Shown here one piece after another: positions 54,259-62,613 of a stretch of 62,613 nucleotides of DNA. Where the stretch lies: the NCBI GenBank assembly GCA_022821445.1, contig JAJEDQ010000130.1, forward strand, positions 1-62,613, in the 5' to 3' direction. Source of the DNA: Acidimicrobiia bacterium. GTDB lineage: Bacteria > Actinomycetota > Acidimicrobiia > Acidimicrobiales > Bin134. The position numbers and the translations under genes were made by a program. Each line of letters opens with the position of its first letter. Position 1 is the stretch's first letter. The notes below the pieces were generated by a model. That model was not told the DNA's origin. It saw only the letters and a list, made by a program, of their open reading frames with translations, and searched no databases.

Positions 54259-55556
54259 GCGGACACCTCCGCCGGCATCCAGGGATAGGAGTCGGGACGC
54301 CGACCGGCCGCCACCTGCTCTCGCGCCGCGGCGTGATGGTGGCGGCACAGCACCTCTTGATCGTTCAGAACGAATGTGTCCACCACGCCGGTCTCGATCA
54401 TCGACTGGGTGGCTTCGAGCGTGTTCGCGTCCTGGAGGGCGAACTCCTTGAACACCGAGAAGGCGTATTCCTGTGCCACCCGCTGCGAGGAGGTCTCGGG
54501 CGGCACGAAGTACAGCGAGGACTCAAAGGTGTGCGAGCTCGGGCTGTCGGGCCAGTACGAGTAGGTGAGGTACCAGCCCGTCTCCCAAATCAGGATCATG
54601 AAGTTGGGCCACAGCAGGAACGAGTCGATGCCCCAGGCTCGGTGCCCCGACGGATTGACCAGGGGCGGCAGGTTCTCGTTGTTGTTGACAACGGCCGGTT
54701 TGTCCCACGGTCCGAACAGCCCGCTGCGGAGGAAGTTCTCCATCGGCTTGACCATGCGCGGGTCGGCCGGCGGTGACATGCCGCCCCACGACGACACCAT
54801 GGAGTGGGGGCTGAACAGCTCGTAGTGGAGCCCTTCGAACCCGACAGCGGCGAGTTTCTGGCCCTCCTCGGAAGTCGACTGCTGCTGGTGGAGGACTGGG
54901 GCGTGGTAGAACTCGACGAACGCGTCGATGAACAGCTTCCAGTTGCTGTTGATCTTCGAAGTCACGCTGTAGCGCTGGGTCATCTCACCGTAGGGGTAGC
55001 CGGCCAGGCCGGTCGCCAGGTCGCCCAGCGCCTCGGTCAGGGTTTGGGACGGCTGGGGGTCGAGGTTCACGAAGATGAACCCCTCCCACACGTCGCACGC
55101 CACGCTCACCAGGCCGAGGGTCTCCTTGTCGAGGTCGAAGAACTCCTCCTCCTGCTGCACAAACACCAGTGATCCGTCGAGGGCGTAGCGCCAGGCGTGG
55201 TACTTGCACGAGAACTGGCGGCAGTAGCCCGAGGTCTCCTGCCCCGGATAGTCGTGCCAGACGAGCTTGTTGCCGCGGTGACGGCAGATGTTGTGGAACG
55301 CCCGGACGATTTCGCCCTGATCCTTGACGATGACGAGGCTGCGGTTGGCCCAGGCGAACTCTTTGGTGAAATAGCTGCCGACTCGAGAGAGCTGCTCGAC
55401 ACGTCCTACGCACAGCCATTCCTTGGTGAAGATGCTGTCTATCTCTTGTTGCCAGATGTCGGGATCGAACGAGTCGCGATACGAGATCGGCCCGGTGCCC
55501 AGCCCCGGATAGTGCTGGGTCCAACTGCCTTCCGCTGGTTTCGGGAAATGAGCCAT
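54255..55556 (-). CDS. Rieske aromatic ring-hydroxylating oxygenase alpha subunit
   Basis: NICRHRGN..CKYHAW, NWK..DAFVEFYHAPVLH, QD; start MAHFPKPAEG. Confidence 0.92.
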   Translation of the reverse strand: MAHFPKPAEGSWTQHYPGLGTGPISYRDSFDPDIWQQEIDSIFTKEWLCVGRVEQLSRVGSYFTKEFAWANRSLVIVKDQGEIVRAFHNICRHRGNKLVWHDYPGQETSGYCRQFSCKYHAWRYALDGSLVFVQQEEEFFDLDKETLGLVSVACDVWEGFIFVNLDPQPSQTLTEALGDLATGLAGYPYGEMTQRYSVTSKINSNWKLFIDAFVEFYHAPVLHQQQSTSEEGQKLAAVGFEGLHYELFSPHSMVSSWGGMSPPADPRMVKPMENFLRSGLFGPWDKPAVVNNNENLPPLVNPSGHRAWGIDSFLLWPNFMILIWETGWYLTYSYWPDSPSSHTFESSLYFVPPETSSQRVAQEYAFSVFKEFALQDANTLEATQSMIETGVVDTFVLNDQEVLCRHHHAAAREQVAAGRRPDSYPWMPAEVSA

Positions 55557-55573
55557 GGGGTCTCCTCTTGCCG

Positions 55574-56803
55574 TTACGGCTGCTTGTGGACGCGTCCGTC
55601 TTTCATCACGAAAGCCATGCGCCGGGTAACGGAGATGTCTTCGAGCGGGTTGCCGGGCACGCCGACGATGTCGGCCAGCATCTCCGGGGCGAGTCGCCCA
55701 AGATCGGGCCGGTCGATGAGCTGGGCCGCCACCGTTGTCGCCGCTCGAATGGCCCCGAGGGGGGTCATGCCCCGCTTCACCAGCACTTCGAGCTCCTCCG
55801 CGTTGCGACCGTGGAAGATCGCAGGGGCGTCGGTGCCGCATGCGATCTTCACCCCGGCCTCGATGGCGGCGGTAATCGAGGCCTTGGCCTTGGGGAACAC
55901 CTCACCCGCCTTGGCTTGGAGAGCCGGCGGCTGGTTCGAGACGTCCCAGTTCTCGGCGAGCGCCGTGGTCGACACCAAGAACGTGTCGGTCTCCAGCAGG
56001 CGCTCGATGGTGGGGGCGGTGATCATGAAGCCGTGTTCAATGCAATCGATGCCGGCATCGAGGGCGGCGTTGACCGCGGTGTCGCCGTGAGCGTGAGCGG
56101 CCACCTTCAGGCCTCGCCTGTGGGCCTCGTCGGCGATGGCCGCGAACTCCTCGGCCGAGTACTGCTGGGCCCCTGACGGGCCGGTGGGGGTCATTACCCC
56201 GCCCGATGCACAGCACTTGATGAGCTGGGCGCCGTGGCGAATCTGGTAGCGCACCGCTTTGCGCACCTCGTCGACCCCGTCGGCCACCCCCTCCTCGACG
56301 GTGAGCGGCATGATGCCCGGCGCCAGCCCCGACTGGGCGCTCGGATCGAGATGGCCTCCAGTGGGGACGATGGCGTGTCCGGCGGGTACCACACGCGGAC
56401 CCTCGATCCAACCGGCGTCGATGGCCTCGCTGAGCGCCACATCGAGCAGATAGCCCCCCGTTTTCACGAACAGCCCGAGGTTGCGCACCGTGGTGAACCC
56501 GGCCCGCAGCGTTCGCCGGGCGTTTGCTGCGGCCCGCAGCGTCATCTTCACCGGGTCGACTCGAACGGGGTCGCTCAGCCCCGCGCCGGGACCCCCGATT
56601 ACGAGGTCCACCTCCATGTCCATCAGCCCGGGCATCAGGGTGATCTCGGGGAGGTCGATCACCTCGTGGGCATCGGCATCGACGTCTCCGATCCCGGCGA
56701 TGCGGTTGCCCTCGACACGGATGGCGGCGCCCGCGAGCACCTCGCCGCTGTCAACATCGAGGACTCCGGCGGGGCGGAGCACCGTGACGGTGGGGTCGGC
56801 CAT
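55574..56803 (-). CDS. Amidohydrolase (Xaa-Pro dipeptidase-like), HxH replaced by DMEVD
   Basis: AGFTTVR, IKCCASGGV, AAHAHG, IEHG, GTDA. Confidence 0.85.
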   Translation of the reverse strand: MADPTVTVLRPAGVLDVDSGEVLAGAAIRVEGNRIAGIGDVDADAHEVIDLPEITLMPGLMDMEVDLVIGGPGAGLSDPVRVDPVKMTLRAAANARRTLRAGFTTVRNLGLFVKTGGYLLDVALSEAIDAGWIEGPRVVPAGHAIVPTGGHLDPSAQSGLAPGIMPLTVEEGVADGVDEVRKAVRYQIRHGAQLIKCCASGGVMTPTGPSGAQQYSAEEFAAIADEAHRRGLKVAAHAHGDTAVNAALDAGIDCIEHGFMITAPTIERLLETDTFLVSTTALAENWDVSNQPPALQAKAGEVFPKAKASITAAIEAGVKIACGTDAPAIFHGRNAEELEVLVKRGMTPLGAIRAATTVAAQLIDRPDLGRLAPEMLADIVGVPGNPLEDISVTRRMAFVMKDGRVHKQP

Positions 56804-56814
56804 GGTTCGTCCTT

Positions 56815-58125
56815 TCAGCTCGCGATGCCGGCTTCAATGGCGGCGCGAGCGCGCTTGCGGAACTGCTCGATCTTCTGATCGGGGGCGATCTGTCGATTGC
56901 TCCGCGGCTTGATGGAGATGTCGTGATCAGACACCGATGCCCGCAGCGCACCCACCGTGGCGCTGGCCCGGTCGATGTGGGAGAACGGGTCGAAGTTGTA
57001 CCAGCGCATCGCGGTCTCATGGGTCATCGCCGTGATGTCGTCGTCTCCCACGTCGCAGCGCACGAACTGCTCCATCAGATGTTCGGGGGCGGTGGGCCAG
57101 GTGGAGTCGCTGTGGGGGTAGTCGCATTCCCACGCCATGTTCTCCACGCCGATGCGGTGGCGCAGCTCGATGCCGAGGTCGTCGACGATAAAGCACGTGA
57201 GGAAGTTCCGTCGGAACACCTCGCTCGGCAACAGGCCGTCGAAGTCTTGGAGCGTCCACGGGCTGTGCAGTTCGTACACGCGGTCGATGCGCTCGAGGAA
57301 GTACGGAATCCACCCGGTGCCCCCCTCGGACAGGGCCACCTTGATGCCGGGGTACTCCTTGGTCACCCGCGACCAGATGAGATCGGCCGCCGCCGACTGG
57401 ATGTTCATCGGTTGCAGGGTCATCATCACGTCGGCGGGGGAGTCGAGGGCGGGGATCGACAGCCGGCCCGAGGAGCCGAGGTGGATCGACAACACGGTGT
57501 CGGTGTCGCACAGCGCCCGCCACAGCGGATCCCAGAACTCGCTGTGGAAGCTCGGGTAGCCGAGGGCGGCGGGGTTCTCGGTGAACGTGAGCGAGTGGCA
57601 TCCCTTTGCGGCCACCCGCCGCACCTCTTCGGCGCACAGTTCGGCGCTCCATATCATCGGCAGCGCCATGGGAATGAAGCGGCCCGGATGGCTCGCGCAC
57701 CACTCGTCAATGTGCCAGTCGTTGTAGGCCCGCACGAGCGCCAAAGAGAAGTCCTCGTCGTCGGTGGCAAACAGCCGGGCGGCGAAACCGGGAAACGACG
57801 GGAAGTTCATCGAGGCCAGCACCCCGCCCGCGCTCATGTCCTTCACCCGCTCTTTGACGTCGTAGCAACCCGGGCGGATCTCATCGAGCCCCTGGGGCTC
57901 GAGGCCGAACTCCTCCTTGGGCCGCCCGGCGATGGCGTTCAGTGCCGAGTTCTCGACACGCCGTCCCCCGAACTCCCACACGTCGGTGCCCTCGTCGGTG
58001 CGCACCAGTTGCGGGGCCTGCTTCAAGTAATCGGGAGCAATGTGGCCCACGAACAGGTCGGGCGGCTCGATGATGTGGTCGTCGACGCTGACCAGAATGA
58101 GGTCTTCGGTTCGGGTGGTCGGCAT
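56815..58125 (-). CDS. Amidohydrolase_2 family protein
   Basis: SVDDHIIEP, AYNDW, IHLGS, SEGGTGW, DYPHSD. Confidence 0.88.
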   Translation of the reverse strand: MPTTRTEDLILVSVDDHIIEPPDLFVGHIAPDYLKQAPQLVRTDEGTDVWEFGGRRVENSALNAIAGRPKEEFGLEPQGLDEIRPGCYDVKERVKDMSAGGVLASMNFPSFPGFAARLFATDDEDFSLALVRAYNDWHIDEWCASHPGRFIPMALPMIWSAELCAEEVRRVAAKGCHSLTFTENPAALGYPSFHSEFWDPLWRALCDTDTVLSIHLGSSGRLSIPALDSPADVMMTLQPMNIQSAAADLIWSRVTKEYPGIKVALSEGGTGWIPYFLERIDRVYELHSPWTLQDFDGLLPSEVFRRNFLTCFIVDDLGIELRHRIGVENMAWECDYPHSDSTWPTAPEHLMEQFVRCDVGDDDITAMTHETAMRWYNFDPFSHIDRASATVGALRASVSDHDISIKPRSNRQIAPDQKIEQFRKRARAAIEAGIAS

Positions 58126-58174
58126 GGAAGCGCTCCTCGGTCAGCAGTCCTCGTACTCTACGTTCGGGCCCAAA

Positions 58175-59395
58175 TCACGTCACTGCGCTCTGGATCTTGA
58201 GGTCGATGATCGCCTCGTCGTCAAGGCCCAAGACGTCGCGGAGGATCTCGTCGCCGTGCTCGTTGAAGCCGGGGGCACGACGGGGCGACGGTGCGGCCCC
58301 GTCGTAGTGCACCGGCGGGGAAACCAGTCGGTAGGGCGCCCCGGCGACGTCGGTGTAGGCCTGCACGTACTCGTTGGCCACCGCCTGTGGGTCGTCGGCC
58401 ACCTGAAGGGCGTCCTGCACCGGGGCCCATTGCCCGGCGAAGTCGCCGAGCACCTCGATCCACTCCTCGTAGGTCTGGGTGGCGAAGATCTCCGCCAGGA
58501 TCTCGGCCGCAGCCGGCGCGTTGGCGGTGATCGACGCGGTGTCGGCGAACCTCTCGTCGGCGGCCAGATCCGGCCGGCTGAGCACTCGGCACATCTCCGG
58601 CCAGTACTTTGCCGCTTGCAGGCAAGTGAGCGCGATGGCCCGGCCGTCGCTGGTGAGGTAGTAGCCGGTGAGCGGGTTGCGAATGGCGGTGCCCGGCGGG
58701 CGGCCTCGCCAGGCGGCGCCGGACTGGAGCGACAGGGCGATGGCGGCGGCCATCGACCACATGCCGACGCCGAGCAGCGAGACATCCACCACTGTGGCCT
58801 CTCCGGTGCGCTCGCGGTGGAACAGTGCCCCCATGATGCCGCCGGCGATGGTCATCCCGCCGATGGAGTCGCCGAACGCGGGCGCCGGGGGCGGGGGCAC
58901 CTCCTCGCTGCCGACGGGCATCTGGCCGGCGGCGATGCCGGCCCGGGCCCAATAGGCCAGCGAGTCGTATGAGCCCTTGCCCGCTTCGGGGCCGCGCGCT
59001 CCCTGCCCGCTGCCGCGCACGTAGATGATGTGGGGATTGCGGCCCCTGATCTCGTCGACGTCGATCCGCAGCTTGGCCCGAACGTCGGGCAGCTTGTTGG
59101 TGAGGAACACATCGCTCACCGCGGCCAGGCGGTACAGCACGTCGAGCCCGGCTTCGGTGGTTAGGTCGATCCCGATGCTCTTCTTCCCCCGATTCGAGTG
59201 CTCGAGCAGCACGTGGGCCCCATCGCCGATGGAGACGGTGCCGCTCGAGGCCAGACCTCGCATGGCGTCGCCGCGTTCGTGGTGCTCCACCTTGATTACC
59301 TCCGCACCCCACTCGGCGAGAAGGGCCGATGCGGCGGGGACGAAGGTGTGTTCAGCCACCTCGAGGATCCGGACGCCGTGCATCGGTAGGGTCAT
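58175..59395 (-). CDS. CaiB/BaiF family CoA transferase
   Basis: GAEVIKVE..GDAMR, NRGKKSI, FGDSIGG. Confidence 0.92.
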   Translation of the reverse strand: MTLPMHGVRILEVAEHTFVPAASALLAEWGAEVIKVEHHERGDAMRGLASSGTVSIGDGAHVLLEHSNRGKKSIGIDLTTEAGLDVLYRLAAVSDVFLTNKLPDVRAKLRIDVDEIRGRNPHIIYVRGSGQGARGPEAGKGSYDSLAYWARAGIAAGQMPVGSEEVPPPPAPAFGDSIGGMTIAGGIMGALFHRERTGEATVVDVSLLGVGMWSMAAAIALSLQSGAAWRGRPPGTAIRNPLTGYYLTSDGRAIALTCLQAAKYWPEMCRVLSRPDLAADERFADTASITANAPAAAEILAEIFATQTYEEWIEVLGDFAGQWAPVQDALQVADDPQAVANEYVQAYTDVAGAPYRLVSPPVHYDGAAPSPRRAPGFNEHGDEILRDVLGLDDEAIIDLKIQSAVT

Positions 59396-59582
59396 CGCCT
59401 GCTCCTCGGTATTGCCGCTGCGTCGGTACTCTTGGTGGGTGGAAATCTAGTTTCCGTTGTCTGATAATGCCACTATTCGCCGGGGCGAAACCGGGTCGAC
59501 GAACCCTGCTTGACGATCGGGAAAACGAGCTTTACCACCTGCGGTAGCCGCATTTTCGGGGACTGGAGTACCCTGGGCGGCT

Positions 59583-60263
59583 ATGGCGGGAGCATCGAAT
59601 GCGCTGACAGAAGCCGCGAGCGGCGAATCGGCGTGGCGAAGCCGGGTGATCGAACGCTCCACCCGGGTGGCGCGGGAGCGAGCATCGGAACGAGCACAGC
59701 ATTTCCTCGATGCCGCCCGGGCCGTGATGAACGAGAAGGGCTCCACCGAGTTCACGGTGCAGGAGGTGGTGGACCGAGCGCCTCATTCCCTGCGGAGCTT
59801 CTACCAGTACTTCGATGGCAAGTACGAGCTCCTTTTGACGCTGTTCGAAGAAGAAATGGGCCTGGCCGTCGACGGCCTCATCGCCGCATCGTCTGAGGGG
59901 GAGCCGCTGGATCGCCTGGAGCGAGTTATTCGCGACCTGTACGACCTGTGCGCCCCCAGCCGGGTGTCCAGGCAGCCGCTGTTCTCGGAATTCGCCTTCC
60001 GCCTCCTCGTCGACCATCCCGAGGAAGTGGCGGCGGCTTTCGCTCCGCTGATCAATTACATCAGCGAGGTGGTTGGGGCCGCCGCCGATGCGGGGCTGTT
60101 GCGCCCGGGCCGCCCTCGTCGGATGGCCGCGCTCCTGGTGCAAACGGCAACGTTCACCGCTGGTCGCAACGTCGGCGCCCGTCAACCCATCACGGGCGAC
60201 GAAGTCTGGGAGTTCTGCCTCCGCGCCATCGTCCCCGACCACGTTGCAAACCAGCGCCTTTAG
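59583..60263 (+). CDS. TetR family transcriptional regulator
   Basis: FLDAA..EFTVQEVV..SLRSFYQYFDGKYELL. Confidence 0.92.
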   Translation: MAGASNALTEAASGESAWRSRVIERSTRVARERASERAQHFLDAARAVMNEKGSTEFTVQEVVDRAPHSLRSFYQYFDGKYELLLTLFEEEMGLAVDGLIAASSEGEPLDRLERVIRDLYDLCAPSRVSRQPLFSEFAFRLLVDHPEEVAAAFAPLINYISEVVGAAADAGLLRPGRPRRMAALLVQTATFTAGRNVGARQPITGDEVWEFCLRAIVPDHVANQRL

Positions 60264-60268
60264 CGCGC

Positions 60269-61039
60269 TCAGACGATGACGCGGCCTCCGTTGACGCCGA
60301 ACAACTGCCCCGTAACGTAATCAGCCTCGTCGCGCACCAAATGGGCCACTGCGGCGGCGATGTCCTCCGGCCTGCCCACTCGCCGGACGGGGGTGGTGGG
60401 GATGTGCTGGTCGATCCCAGTTCCGAGGTTGCCGCTCTCGGCCGCGGCGTGCAGCGAGGGGGTTTCGATGAAGCTGGGCGAGACGGTGTTGACCGTTATG
60501 CCCTTGCGGCCGAGCTCTTTGGCCAGTGAGCGCGTGAGCGAGATCAGCCCGCCCTTCGACGCGGAGTAATGGGTTTGGCGGGCATTGCCGGTTTGCGCGC
60601 TCGACGACGAGATGTTCACGATGCGACCCCATTGCGCCTCGGTCATGTCGGGCACCACTGCTTGGCAGCATTGGAAAGGCCCGCGGAGGTTGACGGCCAT
60701 CACCTGGTCGAACGCGTCGCCATCGATGTCGAGGAACTTCTCAAATGGGCTGATTCCCGCGTTGTTAATGAGAATCGCAATGGGGCCGAACGCGGCCCGC
60801 ACCTCGTTCATTCCCTCCTCAATTGAGGCCGAGTCGCTCACGTCCATTGCGACGGCAACGGCGGAACCTCCGGTCTCGACAATGGCCGAGGCCACCGAGG
60901 CGGCGGTATCGGGGTTCACATCGGTCACCCCCATGTGGGCGCCTTCGGCGGCCAGGCGGTGAGCGATAGCGGTACCCAGGCCGGAGCCGGCACCGGTGAC
61001 CACAGCGGTGCGAGGTCGGTCCCAGGCCGGCAGGGTCAC
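60269..61039 (-). CDS. Short-chain dehydrogenase/reductase
   Basis: TGAGSGLG, NNAG, YSASK; GTG start overlapping upstream stop. Confidence 0.92.
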   Translation of the reverse strand: MTLPAWDRPRTAVVTGAGSGLGTAIAHRLAAEGAHMGVTDVNPDTAASVASAIVETGGSAVAVAMDVSDSASIEEGMNEVRAAFGPIAILINNAGISPFEKFLDIDGDAFDQVMAVNLRGPFQCCQAVVPDMTEAQWGRIVNISSSSAQTGNARQTHYSASKGGLISLTRSLAKELGRKGITVNTVSPSFIETPSLHAAAESGNLGTGIDQHIPTTPVRRVGRPEDIAAAVAHLVRDEADYVTGQLFGVNGGRVIV

Positions 61040-61485
61040 GCATCGCCTCCCGGGGTCGGGCGCGCGGGGTCGTGGGGCCGCCCGGAGTCGCGGGCGCCGC
61101 TGCGGCGAAGGAAGGTCATGGACCGCGAGGCCAGCCGCCAACCGGCATCGGTCCGTCGGTACTGGTCGGTGTACCAGCCGATGCGGAGGTGGTGGTCTTC
61201 TTGGGCGACGAAACAAAGGGGTTGGGTGCCGGTGGCCTCGTCGCCATCAAGATCGATGGCCGGTGCTCCGCAGAGGAACAGCCCGTCGGGGGCCGCTTCA
61301 ACGAGGGCGGGGAAGTCGCTGAGCGTGTACGACTCGCCGAAGGCGCTGTAGGTGCCGTCGGCGGTGAACACTGCCATCACCTCATCGATGCTGGTGCGGG
61401 TCATCGCCGACGCATAGCGGGCCAGAAGCTGCTCGATCTCGACGATGTCGCAGAGGTCGCGCTCGGACAGGCCTGCTGATTCCAT
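61036..61485 (-). CDS. SnoaL/NTF2-like protein
   Basis: EIEQLLARY..VFTADG..YTDQYRRTDAGWRLASR. Confidence 0.85.
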   Translation of the reverse strand: MESAGLSERDLCDIVEIEQLLARYASAMTRTSIDEVMAVFTADGTYSAFGESYTLSDFPALVEAAPDGLFLCGAPAIDLDGDEATGTQPLCFVAQEDHHLRIGWYTDQYRRTDAGWRLASRSMTFLRRSGARDSGRPHDPARPTPGGDA

Positions 61486-61560
61486 GCTCTCCCTCACTAT
61501 TGGCCCTCCGCTGCTGGCCCCGGTGTCATTCACGCCAGAAACGTGATCCTTGGAGGCATG

Positions 61561-61788
61561 CTACTGAACCCGGATTGCCCTTGTCGGGCAGCGGATTTCA
61601 GCCTCCCGCACCGCGGCATTGTGCTCAACGGGCACTTCTTCCACCACGGCCCGGGCGTAGCCGGCCTCTTCCAGCACGAACACCTCGCCGCAGAGCATCA
61701 CGCACACCCCGTGGCCGCCGCACACGTCGTCGTCCACCGACACCCTCATTGGGCCGCCGCACACGTCGTCGTCCACCGACACCCTCAT
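61561..61788 (-). CDS. [3Fe-4S] ferredoxin with duplicated N-terminus
   Basis: CGGHGVC...CPTRAI; ATGA-coupled to P450. Confidence 0.9.
   Translation of the reverse strand: MRVSVDDDVCGGPMRVSVDDDVCGGHGVCVMLCGEVFVLEEAGYARAVVEEVPVEHNAAVREAEIRCPTRAIRVQ
61713..61788. repeat. Perfect 37-bp tandem duplication (39-bp period)
   Basis: GGCCGCCGCACACGTCGTCGTCCACCGACACCCTCAT at 61713 and 61752. Confidence 0.97.
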
Positions 61789-62613
61789 AGGGAATCGGCG
61801 CCTGCCGGGGCGAACTCGAGGCCCAGGAAGGCCAGGCCCCTCAGTATGTGGGTGGGCACGTAGACAAAGCGCCGCTCGTCGGGTGGGCCGTGGACATCCT
61901 CGGAGATGGCGATGTCGGCCATTCGGTCGAGGATGCGGTTGAGGCTCACCCGGGCCTCGGCCCGGGCCAGAGGGGCGCCGGGGCAGGTGTGGATGCCCCG
62001 GCCGAAGGCCAGGTGCGAGCGGGCGTTGTCGCGCTCGATGTCGAGAGTGTGCGGGTTTGGGAACTGCTCGGGGTCGCGGTTGGCCGCCCCGTTGAGCAGC
62101 ATGACCGTGGTGCCCGCGGCCAGATCCACTCCGCCGACGGTCACCGGACGCTGGGCCAGGCGGAAGTCGCCCTTGATGGGGCTCTCCACGCGCAGCGCCT
62201 CCTCCACGAAGTTGTCGATCAGCGAGCGGTCGTTGCGGATTCGCTTCTGGAGCTCGGGATCCTCGGCCAAGAAGAACAGCATGGTGCTGAGCAGCCGCAC
62301 GGTGGTCTCGGTGCCGGCGGCAAACAGGTTGGCGGCGATGCGCACCGCGTCGAGCACCTCGGGGGTGGAGCCGTCTGGGAAGGTGGCGGTGGCCAGCCCG
62401 GTGAGCACGTCGTCGCGGGGGTTGGCCCGGCGGTCCTCGATGTAGGCGCTGAACTGGCTGTAGAGGAACTCGAGGGGGTTGTGGGCCATGGCGTGCTCGT
62501 CGGTGGAGCCGATTCCGTGGTCGTCGGGCCGGTGCAGGAGTTGCTGGGTGAAGTTGGCCCGGTCGTCGTCGGGCACCCCCAGCAGGTCGGCCACCACCAG
62601 CAGGGCGAACGGC
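61785..62613 (-). CDS. Cytochrome P450 (partial, 5' end beyond window)
   Basis: AAGTETT, EEALR, HLAFGRGIHTCPG. Confidence 0.95.
   Translation of the reverse strand, partial: PFALLVVADLLGVPDDDRANFTQQLLHRPDDHGIGSTDEHAMAHNPLEFLYSQFSAYIEDRRANPRDDVLTGLATATFPDGSTPEVLDAVRIAANLFAAGTETTVRLLSTMLFFLAEDPELQKRIRNDRSLIDNFVEEALRVESPIKGDFRLAQRPVTVGGVDLAAGTTVMLLNGAANRDPEQFPNPHTLDIERDNARSHLAFGRGIHTCPGAPLARAEARVSLNRILDRMADIAISEDVHGPPDERRFVYVPTHILRGLAFLGLEFAPAGADSL

Noticed and set aside
1-62613. CRISPR array or integron-like cassette array
   Set aside because: No repeat occurs three or more times with regular spacers; no cas or intI; intergenic regions in 43.6-53.8 kb share no common attC-like element.

Overview
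High-GC actinobacterial DNA, probably Acidimicrobiia (inferred from gene content only). From left to right: (i) the 3' end of an IS481-family element abutting tRNA-Ala(TGC); (ii) backbone genes (heteromeric acyl-CoA dehydrogenase pair, a GDH-fold protein lacking catalytic lysines, xseBA, ABC exporter, CopC-like, tadA, tRNA-Ser(CGA)); (iii) a ~36.8 kb integrase-less island, 8646-45453, bounded by a 15/16 direct repeat of the tRNA-Ser 3' end; (iv) toxin-antitoxin genes and TA stubs, an arylsulfatase, an iota-type carbonic anhydrase, a BVMO and tRNA-Arg(ACG); (v) an uncharacterised P450/ferredoxin/Rieske/amidohydrolase/CoA-transferase/TetR cluster running off the right end. The island looks like a full funnel for conjugated polyphenols: ABC uptake, GH1 glycosidase, sulfatase, CYP199A-like and VanA-like O-demethylases, an fde-like ring-cleavage module (FAD monooxygenase, VOC dioxygenase, hydrolase, cupin, three FAH) under a NodD/FdeR-like LysR with a repeated operator, then pobA and a complete protocatechuate 4,5-cleavage (lig) pathway under a GntR. 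The window also carries many duplication-then-deletion scars. One of them, a 200-bp copy of the LysR promoter, appears to have brought a Rieske-sulfatase-MBL cassette into the regulon. Protein family calls come from motif recognition, not database searches.
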